64,000 bases of DNA from an uncultured Chitinophagaceae bacterium (lineage in GTDB: Bacteria > Bacteroidota > Bacteroidia > Chitinophagales > CAIOSU01): NCBI GenBank assembly GCA_964543705.1, contig CAZIZP010000001.1, forward strand, positions 71,583 to 135,582. The letters run 5' to 3'. A program made the translations under genes and the position numbers. Below the pieces are notes generated by a model, which was not told where the DNA came from, searched no databases, and saw only the letters and a program-made list of their open reading frames with translations. This document shows positions 1-8,700 of this stretch, one piece after another; the first letter of the stretch is position 1, and each line of letters starts with the position of its first letter.

Positions 1-563
1 TTCCTGAACTAAATGCCAGCGGGCTAAGTGTATCTACCACAGAATTGGCTTATCAAATAGCACGATATGCACCCATTTTAGGTCAGCCGCCTATTACAGA
101 TTCTTTGTGGAATTCAGGCGGAAACGGTTTATACAACGAAAACTTCAAAAATGCCTTTGGAAAAATTGAAGTATTTGAAGACGATTCGGTAAGCATGTGC
201 ATCATAGATGAAGATAATGTTACACTTTCTTGTATGACAATTTATAAAGACGGTACCGTTTCAAATGTGAAAGACTTAAACCCCGACAAAGACTTAATGA
301 AAGCTACTTGGATAGAAAAAATATATCCTAACCCGAATAGTGGTAATATGATAGTAGAGTTAGACAACACAATGGAAATTGCCAATTTAAAGTCGGTTAA
401 TATAGTTTCTTTAAACGGAAAAATAATTGAGAATGCTGTAATAAAACCCATACATGCCCATAGTTTTGAAATACAAATACCCCAAATAAGTGCAGGAACC
501 TATTATGTCGTTGCTATTGCTAAAGAAGGAAAAAGTGCTTACAAAACATTTACCGTTCAATAG
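1..563 (+). CDS. Secreted protein, 3' fragment (5' end outside window) with T9SS type-A C-terminal sorting domain
   Basis: The frame is open from the window edge. The listed start at 45 is a TTG, and the upstream in-frame codons PELNASGLSVSTTE have no stop. The last ~80 aa (KIYPNPNSGNMIVELDN...LNGKII...GTYYVVAIAKEGKSAYKTFTVQ) fit the Por_Secre_tail (TIGR04183-like) pattern. Confidence 0.7.
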   Translation, partial: PELNASGLSVSTTELAYQIARYAPILGQPPITDSLWNSGGNGLYNENFKNAFGKIEVFEDDSVSMCIIDEDNVTLSCMTIYKDGTVSNVKDLNPDKDLMKATWIEKIYPNPNSGNMIVELDNTMEIANLKSVNIVSLNGKIIENAVIKPIHAHSFEIQIPQISAGTYYVVAIAKEGKSAYKTFTVQ

Positions 564-605
564 TTTACTTAACCTTTTTATTAAAACAACTATAGAGCTT
601 AAAAA

Positions 606-1139
606 TTAATTTACTATAAACGAATCTAACAATTGTACTGAATTTAATATGGGCTTATGTTTTAGCCTATTGAAATATACATTATCAATCTTCCAGCCGT
701 TTTCGTTTATCAAAACAATGCTATCTGTCCATTTTTCATTGTAATAATGATTGGCAAATAATATTTCAGATGACGCCATAGTATCATTTAACATGGTTAC
801 TTCTTTTACACTAAAAGCGGTAAACCCTTCATATAACCCTGAAAAAACTTCACCTTCTAATATCTTAGGTTTATCTGATGGATATCTGCTTGCTTTTACT
901 TCTAAAACCGATTTTTTCTCTTCAGCAATAGCTTTTGAAATTGCATGATTCAACTTATAAGATAAATAAGTGGTATCGGCTAACCTGTAGTTGCCATTAT
1001 AGTTGTTAAAAAAATTGGTGATAGTATTTTTTACAGCTTCATGATTTTCTACAAATGGGTATGTAAAATCAGGTGAAACATTACAACCTGAGAAAGAAGC
1101 CAAAAAAATAAAAAATTGAAATGTGTAAACGTGCTTCAT
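606..1139 (-). CDS. Hypothetical lipoprotein
   Basis: 177-aa ORF. The N-terminus MKHVYTFQFFIFLASFSGC has a lipobox-like signal. No recognisable catalytic motif. Confidence 0.6.
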   Translation of the reverse strand: MKHVYTFQFFIFLASFSGCNVSPDFTYPFVENHEAVKNTITNFFNNYNGNYRLADTTYLSYKLNHAISKAIAEEKKSVLEVKASRYPSDKPKILEGEVFSGLYEGFTAFSVKEVTMLNDTMASSEILFANHYYNEKWTDSIVLINENGWKIDNVYFNRLKHKPILNSVQLLDSFIVN

Positions 1140-1166
1140 GGTTTAATGATTTATGGTTAGCATTTA

Positions 1167-1550
1167 TTATTCAGGAAAACCGCTTTTTGCCCAACAGGTT
1201 AATATTAAAATTTCATTTTCACTAAGCTTTGCTGAAGGTGGCATTGGCATACAATCTTCATCTTGGTTTATGGTACACAAAGTATTATGCTCATTAAATT
1301 GTGAAGAAGCATTTTGGTAGTTAGACAAATCTAAACCATGTTTTGGCCTGGTACCTGCATGGCAGCCACTATAAGCACAGCGGGTGTTTAAAATTTCTTT
1401 TGCATGCAAATTATAAGTGTAGTTTGTATTATCGCAATTGACTTTTTGGGTATATATGTCATTACTTTCGCCACCATGATGATGCTTATGGCACGATGAA
1501 CAAAACAATAGCAGAAAAAAACATAAAACATTTAAACACGCAGTATTCAT
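1167..1550 (-). CDS. Small Cys-rich lipoprotein with a Planctomycete-cytochrome-C-like (PSCyt1-like) C-terminal pattern
   Basis: The internal ATG at 1550 gives MNTACLNVLCFFLLLFCSSC (signal plus lipobox). It has a His-rich linker, then RCAYSGCHAG...CMPMPPSAKLSENEILILTCWAKSGFPE. This resembles the C..CH ... MPP...L...E...L..WI..G layout of PSCyt1 domains, but with CX4CH spacing. Confidence 0.55.
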   Translation of the reverse strand: MNTACLNVLCFFLLLFCSSCHKHHHGGESNDIYTQKVNCDNTNYTYNLHAKEILNTRCAYSGCHAGTRPKHGLDLSNYQNASSQFNEHNTLCTINQDEDCMPMPPSAKLSENEILILTCWAKSGFPE

Positions 1551-1658
1551 ATTCAATACATTTTTTTTAAAAAACAGAGATAAAGCCTTATGAAAATCAG
1601 CTATAAACACTCGGCTTTATCTCGCTTTTGCACCAATACCAACCGTTGCAAAAGAACT

Positions 1659-1838
1659 TTAACTCATGTCAAAAGCAATCCACTCTAATAAATGAAGTCT
1701 CCTTCCATATTCTTCAGGACGTTGCTTACTTCTCTTTTTAATTTTTGAGCTTGCAACATCACTTTTAGCCTTTGCATGAACCGGTTTATTTTTATTACCA
1801 ATTTTTTTTTGAATCTTTTTACTTTCTTTCTGTTCCAT
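1659..1838 (-). CDS. Possible small basic protein (59 aa, just under the 60-aa minimum length seen in the ORF track)
   Basis: Hand translation gives ATG at 1838 and TAA at 1659-1661: MEQKESKKIQKKIGNKNKPVHAKAKSDVASSKIKKRSKQRPEEYGRRLHLLEWIAFDMS. It lies ~80-120 nt downstream of palindrome pair A. There is no homology evidence. Confidence 0.25.
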   Translation of the reverse strand: MEQKESKKIQKKIGNKNKPVHAKAKSDVASSKIKKRSKQRPEEYGRRLHLLEWIAFDMS

Positions 1839-1918
1839 AAATAAAATACACCTCTTTAATAACAGATAATTTCAAGTTATAATAAAAAACTATCAGATTA
1901 AAGCAAACAGGATTAAAT

Positions 1919-1956
1919 TAAGTACAGTTACTTATTAAATTAAGTATGAATACTTA
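1919..1956. promoter_or_regulatory. Composite palindromic site A (16-6-16)
   Basis: TAAGTACAGTTACTTA-ttaaat-TAAGTATGAATACTTA. Same architecture as the sites at 9258, 9783, 12508 and 27153. Confidence 0.5.
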
Positions 1957-1986
1957 TGTGCAATGTTAAAAAAGGGGTAAGTGAAC

Positions 1987-3666
1987 TTAAATTCTTTCAA
2001 TGGCAATGCAGGTAAAATCGTCATCGAATGTTTTTTTACCTGTATGCTTTTGTACTGCCTGTTTTAAAGTGTAAATTAGTTCTGAAGTTGATTTTACTTT
2101 TTGTTTAAGTAAAAATTTATTTACATCTACTTTTTGCTCAAAGAGTATTTCATTTTTATCTACAGCTTCTGTTACACCATCAGTGTATGCAAATAATATA
2201 TCGCCTTTTTTAAAACTTAATTGCTCACTTTTAATTGAAGGTAAAATGTCAAACATTCCTAAAATACAAGTGCCTGCTTCTAATAATAAAGTTTTTTTAT
2301 GGCTTTTAGAGGCTTTTATGAGTATGGCAGAAGGATGACCGGCATTAATGCTGGTAATTAAATTTTGCTTTGTATCTATTATTGCAAGCCATATAGATAC
2401 AAACCTTTCATAGTTGGTAGTTTGGCAAATAATGGTATTGATATTATTAACCAAATCAGTAAGATTTAAATCAGTAAACAATAACTGTGTTTTTATACAG
2501 GCATCTAAATTTGAAACCACTAACGAAGCAGGAACACCTTTGCCTGAAACATCGGCAATAACAACTAAAGACTGATACTCATTAATTTTAAGCAGATTAA
2601 AATAATCACCACCTACATCGGTAGAGGTAATTAAGATACCGTATGCCTGCAAACCATTAATTTTATTAATATTATCGGGAATAATATTCTGAAGTATATT
2701 TTGTGCAAGCTGAATCTCGTTTTTATAAAAAGAGTTTGAAAGGTTTAATAAAGCAATTTCTTTTTCGCGTTGCTCTGCTTTATACTTAGATTCAAGTTCG
2801 GCTATTTTTTTATTACTTAACTCGTTAAGGTATTTATCTTTTACAGCTAAATGTTTTTTAAGATAATAAAACGACTTTTTATAATTTTTCTTAAGGCTGT
2901 AAATTTCTGACAATGCATAAAAGGCATTTTTTTCATGCTCTTTGTCTTTATAAGTTTTGGCAATTGAAAGTGTATTGAGCAATATATCTATAGCACCATC
3001 TAGTTTTTTCTGCTTTACTAATAATTGTGAAATTATATTATAGCAATTCAGTATTCCTGGTTTGTTATCAATTTTACTGAATTCGTTTAGCGACTCGTAA
3101 ACATTTTTTTCAGCTAATGTGGTTTTATTTAACGAAAGATACAAATCTGCCAGATTACTATAGGTACATGCCAACTCGTAATTAGAAGATTTTGCGGTTT
3201 TATTTTCTAAAGCTTTTAAATAATATTTTTCTGCTTGCTCATAAAGCTTTTGATGCTGATAAATTGTTCCAATATTGTTGTATAAATTTTCTATTCCCGG
3301 AAAGTTATTATTCAGCCTTATGTTCAACGATTCTTCAAAATATTTTAGTGCTAAATCATACTGTTGCTGATACTTGTATAGCGAGCCAATATTATTTAAA
3401 ACTTTAGAATAACCAAGCTTATCAACTGCCTCGTTCATATAGTCTAAGGCAATAAGATACTTTTCTAAAGCCAACTCGGGCTTGCCCAATTGAAAATAAC
3501 AAGCACCAATAATATTATTTATTACAGCAATAAAAGCAATATTATTTTCCTTCTCGGCAAGTTTTAAAGCTGAAAAACATTTATTTAAGCAAGCGTTATA
3601 TCTACTGCTAAACAGGAGTTGATTACATTCATCAATACGTAATTTTAAGTTGTTTTGCATCAGCAA
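1987..3666 (-). CDS. TPR-repeat protein fused to a PP2C/SpoIIE-type serine phosphatase (RsbU-like)
   Basis: The N-terminal ~300 aa are TPR-like repeats (..A..YY.KAL..). A coiled coil follows. The C-terminal part carries GGDYF, ADVSGKGVPASL, NAGHP, YTDGVTEA and DDFTCIAIERI motifs typical of SpoIIE/PP2C phosphatases. Confidence 0.85.
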   Translation of the reverse strand: MLMQNNLKLRIDECNQLLFSSRYNACLNKCFSALKLAEKENNIAFIAVINNIIGACYFQLGKPELALEKYLIALDYMNEAVDKLGYSKVLNNIGSLYKYQQQYDLALKYFEESLNIRLNNNFPGIENLYNNIGTIYQHQKLYEQAEKYYLKALENKTAKSSNYELACTYSNLADLYLSLNKTTLAEKNVYESLNEFSKIDNKPGILNCYNIISQLLVKQKKLDGAIDILLNTLSIAKTYKDKEHEKNAFYALSEIYSLKKNYKKSFYYLKKHLAVKDKYLNELSNKKIAELESKYKAEQREKEIALLNLSNSFYKNEIQLAQNILQNIIPDNINKINGLQAYGILITSTDVGGDYFNLLKINEYQSLVVIADVSGKGVPASLVVSNLDACIKTQLLFTDLNLTDLVNNINTIICQTTNYERFVSIWLAIIDTKQNLITSINAGHPSAILIKASKSHKKTLLLEAGTCILGMFDILPSIKSEQLSFKKGDILFAYTDGVTEAVDKNEILFEQKVDVNKFLLKQKVKSTSELIYTLKQAVQKHTGKKTFDDDFTCIAIERI

Positions 3667-3735
3667 ATTTGGTATAAATACTTATTTTATTTTCAGTTTA
3701 ATGAATATAGTTTTACAACGGCTAAATTACTAAAA

Positions 3736-4617
3736 ATGAGAATAAGCAAACTTTTATTTGTAGCAACTTTTTGGGTACTTTTTTCATGCGAGAAAATAGA
3801 TAATATTGTAACTGACCCCAGAGAGGTTGAAGAATATAAAGAAGTAGCTGAGCAAAGCAATGCTGTGCATATAGAAAAAATAAATACCATTACCATAATA
3901 GAAACCGCAATTGCTGAAGAAATGGTAATGAAAAGAGAGAATAGTAATGCCGGATGTTATTCATTAAACATAGATAGCAACTATAATTTTTTAGGAAGCT
4001 TGTATAAAAAAGTAGTTATTGATTATGGAAGCGGATGTGTAGATGCCGATGGCAGAACCCGTAAAGGGCTTATATATTTTTTGTGGCCTAAACAATCGAG
4101 GTTTAGAGACTTGAATAACGATAGTATTTTTATTGTTTTTGATAATCTTGAAGTTAGTGGCAACGGCTATTCATTAACATTAAAAAATGTTCAGGGCAAA
4201 TTCAGATGCATTTATAACGATAGTAATAACCCCGGCATTAGCGATGAATATGTGAAATACAGATTTTCTTTTGACAACTATGAAGCCATATTTAATAATA
4301 CTGATACTTCTGCAGTAAACATAAACTATATTTATAAGAAATATACCGACCCTTCTTATTCTCAATTTGGAGATATAGAATTATTTGATGAATCTTCAAT
4401 AACCACCAACGACAAAACTTTTTCAGTTGTTATTGATAACCAAAAGCCTATTGTTTACAGCAAAAACTGTAACTATTTACAGAAAGGTTTAATATCGCTG
4501 ATAGATAGAAGCAACAATAAAAAAGTTGATTTAAAATTTAGCGAAGATTGTAGTAATAAAGTAAGATGCTCTTGGAATTGGAATGGAAGAAACAAAAATA
4601 TTGACATTACTCTTTAG
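3736..4617 (+). CDS. Hypothetical lipoprotein
   Basis: The ATG at 3736 gives MRISKLLFVATFWVLFSCEK (signal plus lipobox). The 27 codons upstream in the listed ORF overlap the divergent gene's start and look non-coding. Confidence 0.6.
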   Translation: MRISKLLFVATFWVLFSCEKIDNIVTDPREVEEYKEVAEQSNAVHIEKINTITIIETAIAEEMVMKRENSNAGCYSLNIDSNYNFLGSLYKKVVIDYGSGCVDADGRTRKGLIYFLWPKQSRFRDLNNDSIFIVFDNLEVSGNGYSLTLKNVQGKFRCIYNDSNNPGISDEYVKYRFSFDNYEAIFNNTDTSAVNINYIYKKYTDPSYSQFGDIELFDESSITTNDKTFSVVIDNQKPIVYSKNCNYLQKGLISLIDRSNNKKVDLKFSEDCSNKVRCSWNWNGRNKNIDITL

Positions 4618-4749
4618 CAAAAATACTTAAGTATTAATATCATTTATTTTTAAAAACTACAGTAATTTATAAAAATTATTATTTTATTCGATAAGGTTTA
4701 GACAGTAACACTATAATACGTTACTTTATAAATGTTTTTTTATGGTTTG

Positions 4750-4779
4750 GCCTGCTTATAAAAGCAGGCTTTTTTTTTT
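4750..4779 (+). terminator. Rho-independent terminator-like hairpin
   Basis: Stem gcctgctt, loop ataa, stem aagcaggc, followed by T10. It lies downstream of the 3736-4617 gene. Confidence 0.6.
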
Positions 4780-4780
4780 A

Positions 4781-4821
4781 AGCCTCTCACTAAATCCCTC
4801 TCCTGCAGAGAGGGACTTTGA
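4781..4821. repeat. Short hairpin repeat (copy 1 of 2 in window)
   Basis: agcctctcactaaatccctctcctgcagagagggactttga is nearly identical to 9436-9477. It contains a tccctct/agaggga stem. Confidence 0.65.
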
Positions 4822-4844
4822 TATTGAGTTAATGTTTTATGTAC

Positions 4845-5096
4845 TTATTTACTAAACGTAAAAAAATAAGCTAACAAGCCGGCAATTACTGTAATTTGCC
4901 CAATCCAAAAAATAAACATCCATTTTATAAGTTCTGCTTTTGCATTAGCCAAGTCTTCTTTTGTTGCCATTGTTTGTTTAGCGTCTTCAAACTTACGGTC
5001 AACTTTTTTTTCTAAAATTTCTACAAAAGCTTCGGCTTCTTTTTCACCAAGCCTAGCTTTTAGCAGTTCGTAAAGCTTTATTTCAGAAACTATCAT
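4845..5096 (-). CDS. Small coiled-coil plus C-terminal TM protein (DUF1640-like)
   Basis: 83 aa. The KEDLANAKAELIKWMFIFWIGQITVIAGLLAYF layout matches the DUF1640 family as I recall it. Confidence 0.55.
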   Translation of the reverse strand: MIVSEIKLYELLKARLGEKEAEAFVEILEKKVDRKFEDAKQTMATKEDLANAKAELIKWMFIFWIGQITVIAGLLAYFFTFSK

Positions 5097-5159
5097 GTTT
5101 AAGGTTTATGCAAATATAACGAAAGCCTTAATGAAAAGTTGCATCGCTTCTTGATTATT

Positions 5160-5590
5160 GGAGAAATGGTAAATTGGGTAAATTAAGAAAACTGAAAAAG
5201 TTAAGAGAAATGGAAAATTGAGAGAATTGGGATAATTGTGTTTCGTTTGTCTTTTCGACCGCAGGGAGAAATCTCTCTATTGAAATAAAGATACCTCGTG
5301 CCTCGCAGACAAGTAATTGAGGGAATTAAGAGAAATGGAAAATTGAGAGAATTGGGATAATTGTGTTTCGTTTGTCTTTTTCGACCGCAGGGAGAAATCT
5401 CTCTATTGAAATAAAGATGCCTCGTGCCTCGGCATGACAAGTAATTGAGGGAATTAAAAATAATGGAAAATTGAGAGAATTGGTATAATTAGGGGAATTG
5501 AGTTTAATGTTTTGGGTTTTGGGTTTTGTGTTTTGGATTTTGGGTTTTGGGTTTTATGTTTTGGATTTAGAGTTTTGAGTTTATGTTATT
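5160..5590. repeat. Interspersed-repeat cluster: 2.3 tandem units of ~125-128 nt plus a GT-rich TTTTGRG tail
   Basis: Units start at 5201, 5326 and 5454 (partial). Each has a gRRaaattg word run, then tcgaccgcagggagaaatctc, then gatgcctcgtgcctcggcatgacaagtaattgagggaa. The tail at 5505-5585 is (ttttggg/ttttgga/ttttgag)n. Related copies are at 9296-9775 and 41521-41665. Confidence 0.9.
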
Positions 5591-5599
5591 AGCGTTTGT

Positions 5600-5646
5600 A
5601 ATAAAAAATAAAGCCACAAGGTTGTATCATCTATACCTTGTGGCTT
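5600..5646 (-). terminator. Rho-independent terminator of the 5713-9138 gene
   Basis: 12-bp stem aagccacaaggt/accttgtggctt with a 12-nt loop. On the minus strand it is followed by TTTATTTTTTAT. Confidence 0.7.
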
Positions 5647-5712
5647 TACCCGCACTTTATAAAAATTTATAAAGTGCTACTCACAATCTTTATTAGCAAA
5701 ATTGTTATTTAT

Positions 5713-8700
5713 TTATTCATTCACTCTCATTTCTCCACCCAGTAAAAGTTTTCCATTACTTCCCATGTTTACTTTATTGCTTCTTACAATTCGGGTAGCC
5801 GGCACTACAAATTCACCATTGTTTATATAAACTGTACCCGATACTTCTAAGTTTGAATTCATGGTTAACTTACCATTCAATGCTGTATTTTCAATAGTTA
5901 TATCTTTTAAAGAACTACTACCACCACAACTAAATGTTTGGTTGCTGCTACCATTAAATATTACAGTACCTGAAGTGGCATTAAATGTTCCTGCATTATT
6001 CCAGTTGCCTGAAACATTAAAGTTATTATTTGAACCAGCCAATACTACCTGAGAACCAACAGAGATATTAATATCTTTTACTGATTGAACCGGTGCACTA
6101 GCCGGAATAGACACATTATTTGTGTTGCTTACACATTGCCCCGCAGATGCACTGATAAAAACATTGGTTAATGTGGTAGGTAGTGTAGATGCAACTGTGA
6201 AGTTGCTGCCATTAAATACATACCAGTTAGCTATAACATCCCAATTGGCATTATTGCTGCCATTCCACAAATAATCTCCGTTAGAAATATTAATTCCATT
6301 TACAGAAATACTAGTGTTGGGCTCGTTTACTGTTAGTGTTCTATTGGCACTTGAAGTACAACCGTTTGCATCAGTAACAGTTACGGTATAGGTATTTGCA
6401 TTTGCTACTGTTATAGCAGCTGTAGTTACTCCGGTATTCCAGGCATAAGTAGTACCACCGCTGGCGGTAAAAGTGCTATTGCTTCCAACACATACAGCAT
6501 TGGTGCCCGATATGGCAGCAACAGGATTAGCATTTACCGTCCATGAAGCAATGGTATTCCATGAGGTAGTACCACACCCAGATTGACAACTAGTCCTTTT
6601 GGCCTGTATAATATTAGTACCTGTTGCAGCCGTAAAGCTTGGAATAGTGGTGCCTGTTGATGTCCAGTTGGCTCCATTATTTGTGGAGTATTGGTATTCT
6701 ATTGCACAAGACAAACCTGCTTCTCCCCCACTTGCAGCACCCCCTAATGTAAGAGTACTACCTGCACATGCCGTTGCAGTATTAGGTAATTTAACAGCAG
6801 TGGTTGGTGCAGTAGGTTGTGCCACAGCAGTAAAATCTACCGCTATAAAATTGGGACATTTGTTATTGGTATTAAAATCATGCCCGGCTTCATCCCAGCA
6901 AAAGCCACAGCTATTTTGCCATCTGGCATGAATACGATAAGTGCCTGCCGAAGTTGGGGTATAACTATAGCCATTAGAAGAGCTATTAGAAGCCTGATTA
7001 TCAAAAATATTCCATGATGCTGCACCCACAGGACTTTGTATCCAGTATCTGGGATTTCCATCGCCTGAAGCAGCAGTAACTGTAATAGGATTGTTAACAC
7101 AAACACTAGTGTTTGTTGAAGCTGCAAGGCTTCCGTCAATACCATAGTTATCTACGGTAATTACTACATCATCACTAACACTGCAACCATTATAACTTGC
7201 AGTCATAGTATATGTAGTGGTAGCTGTTGGGCTAGCTATTGGGTTGGCGATATTTGCATCGTTTAAACCTGTAGTCGGTGACCATGAATAACTGGCTGTA
7301 GCTGCAGTGGGGTAAGTGTAGTTTACAGTAAAGGATAAATTCATTGTCATCAAATCACAATAAAAATCATTATCCCAAGAATCAATTTCTATTTTTTGCC
7401 CATTGGCTGATTGCCCGTTAAGTCCATTGTATGTAATATTAGTTGCACCACATGTCCAACCAATATAAGTATTGTTAATATAGAGATCCATTTCTGACCA
7501 GCTACATGATACATTCATACTTGCGTTCCAAACGATTGAAGTTATTGTAGCATTTGCTGGCATACCAGATGTTGTACCGCCAACAGTAAAATTATTGCAA
7601 TCATATCCAGAGCCAGAATAACTAAATGTAGAAGAACTATTGACTTGGATATTTGGTGTAACAACATTACCACTTAACTGAAAGCTTTGCCCTTTACAGA
7701 TAGCTTCATCAGTGCCCGCATTAGGTACAGTTGGGCCATTTTTTACAGTTATGGCACTTGTTGTATAAATGCTATTACCAGGTCCACAACTCGCATTATT
7801 ATTTCCAAACCAACAGCTTGCCTCATTAACAACATCAAATACTAAATTATATGTACCCTCAGATAAATTAGTTAAATAGGCTGGACCTGCAGCAGCATTC
7901 ATTGCTTTTATTGTTAATACGTAGGTTTGTGAAGAGCCCGCTGTAAGTGGTCCCGCAGTTACACGCGAATGGTAATCACTCCATGTGTCCCATTTAACTC
8001 CAATATTAGTTGTATATGCAGAATTCCATGTTGCTATTCCAGTATTCTTTACTTCAACCGAAACATTTCTTTCATCACCGGAACACCAATCAGAAGAACC
8101 AAAATTAGCACCTATTATTTGTGCCCTATAGTTAGGTATGTTGGTAGATAATGTTCTAGGAGTACCGTTCCCACACGAGTTACTTGGTGTAACTGAAATA
8201 GTTCCATTTTGTGTGCCAATAGTAACTATAACGCTATTTGTTCCTTGACCACTATTGATAATCCATGTAGGTGGGAAATTCCAATTGTAAGTTACACCAC
8301 CAGTATTAGTGACAAAGTATGTTTGTGTTGAACCTACTTCAGGATCTATTATGCCCGTAATTAAAGAAGGTTGAGCAGGAACACTAGGTTGTAGATTTAT
8401 GATAACACTTGCTGAAGAGGATGAAGTACAATTTGACGAATTTGTAACTGTGAAAGTGTAGGATGCATTTGCCGGTAAATTTGAAATGGTTGTAGATGTA
8501 CCTGAGCCTGTTGTTGTAGTGCCACCAGGACTTCTTGTTATGGTCCAACTGCCTGAAGAAGGCAATCCAGTCAAAAGCACACTTCCAGTAGAAGTAGTAC
8601 AGTTCGGTTGAGTTATTGTACTAACAGTAGGTGCTGTGGGAGCCGAACAAGGTGACCAAACACATACCGTACCATTCATGTCACTGTTTGAATTATATCT

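Noticed and set aside
3655-3735. N-terminal 27 codons of the listed 3655-4617 ORF
   Set aside because: They overlap the divergent gene's start codon region, and the peptide (MHQQIWYKYLFYFQFNEY..) is not signal-like. The internal ATG at 3736 gives a textbook lipoprotein signal.
5201-5440. 79-aa minus-strand ORF (MSCRGTRHLYFNREISPCGRK...)
   Set aside because: It lies entirely within the tandem interspersed repeat, and its peptide simply repeats with the DNA unit. Related repeat copies at 9296-9775 and 41521-41665 do not keep the frame open.
5201-5455. Possible CRISPR array (regularly spaced direct repeats)
   Set aside because: The units are ~125-128 nt and directly abutting, with no unique spacers. 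No short palindromic repeat of 24-48 nt is present, and there are no cas genes in the window.
5505-5585. Telomere-like TTTTGGG tract as a G-quadruplex or functional element
   Set aside because: Only four GGG runs are present, with an 18-nt central loop. The equivalent tract at 9700-9770 has mostly GAG/GGA variants. It is most simply the tail of the repeat family, so it is reported there rather than as a separate structure.
5861-8151. Several 60-110-aa ORFs on both strands inside the 5713-9138 gene (e.g. 6599-6931, 6817-7017, 6843-7145)
   Set aside because: These are shadow ORFs in a long, compositionally biased (Thr/Ser/Gly/Asn-rich) gene. They have no start context and low-complexity products. 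The same applies to 36816-39592, 40084-40524, 42118-44762, 49253-50009 and 51997-54626.
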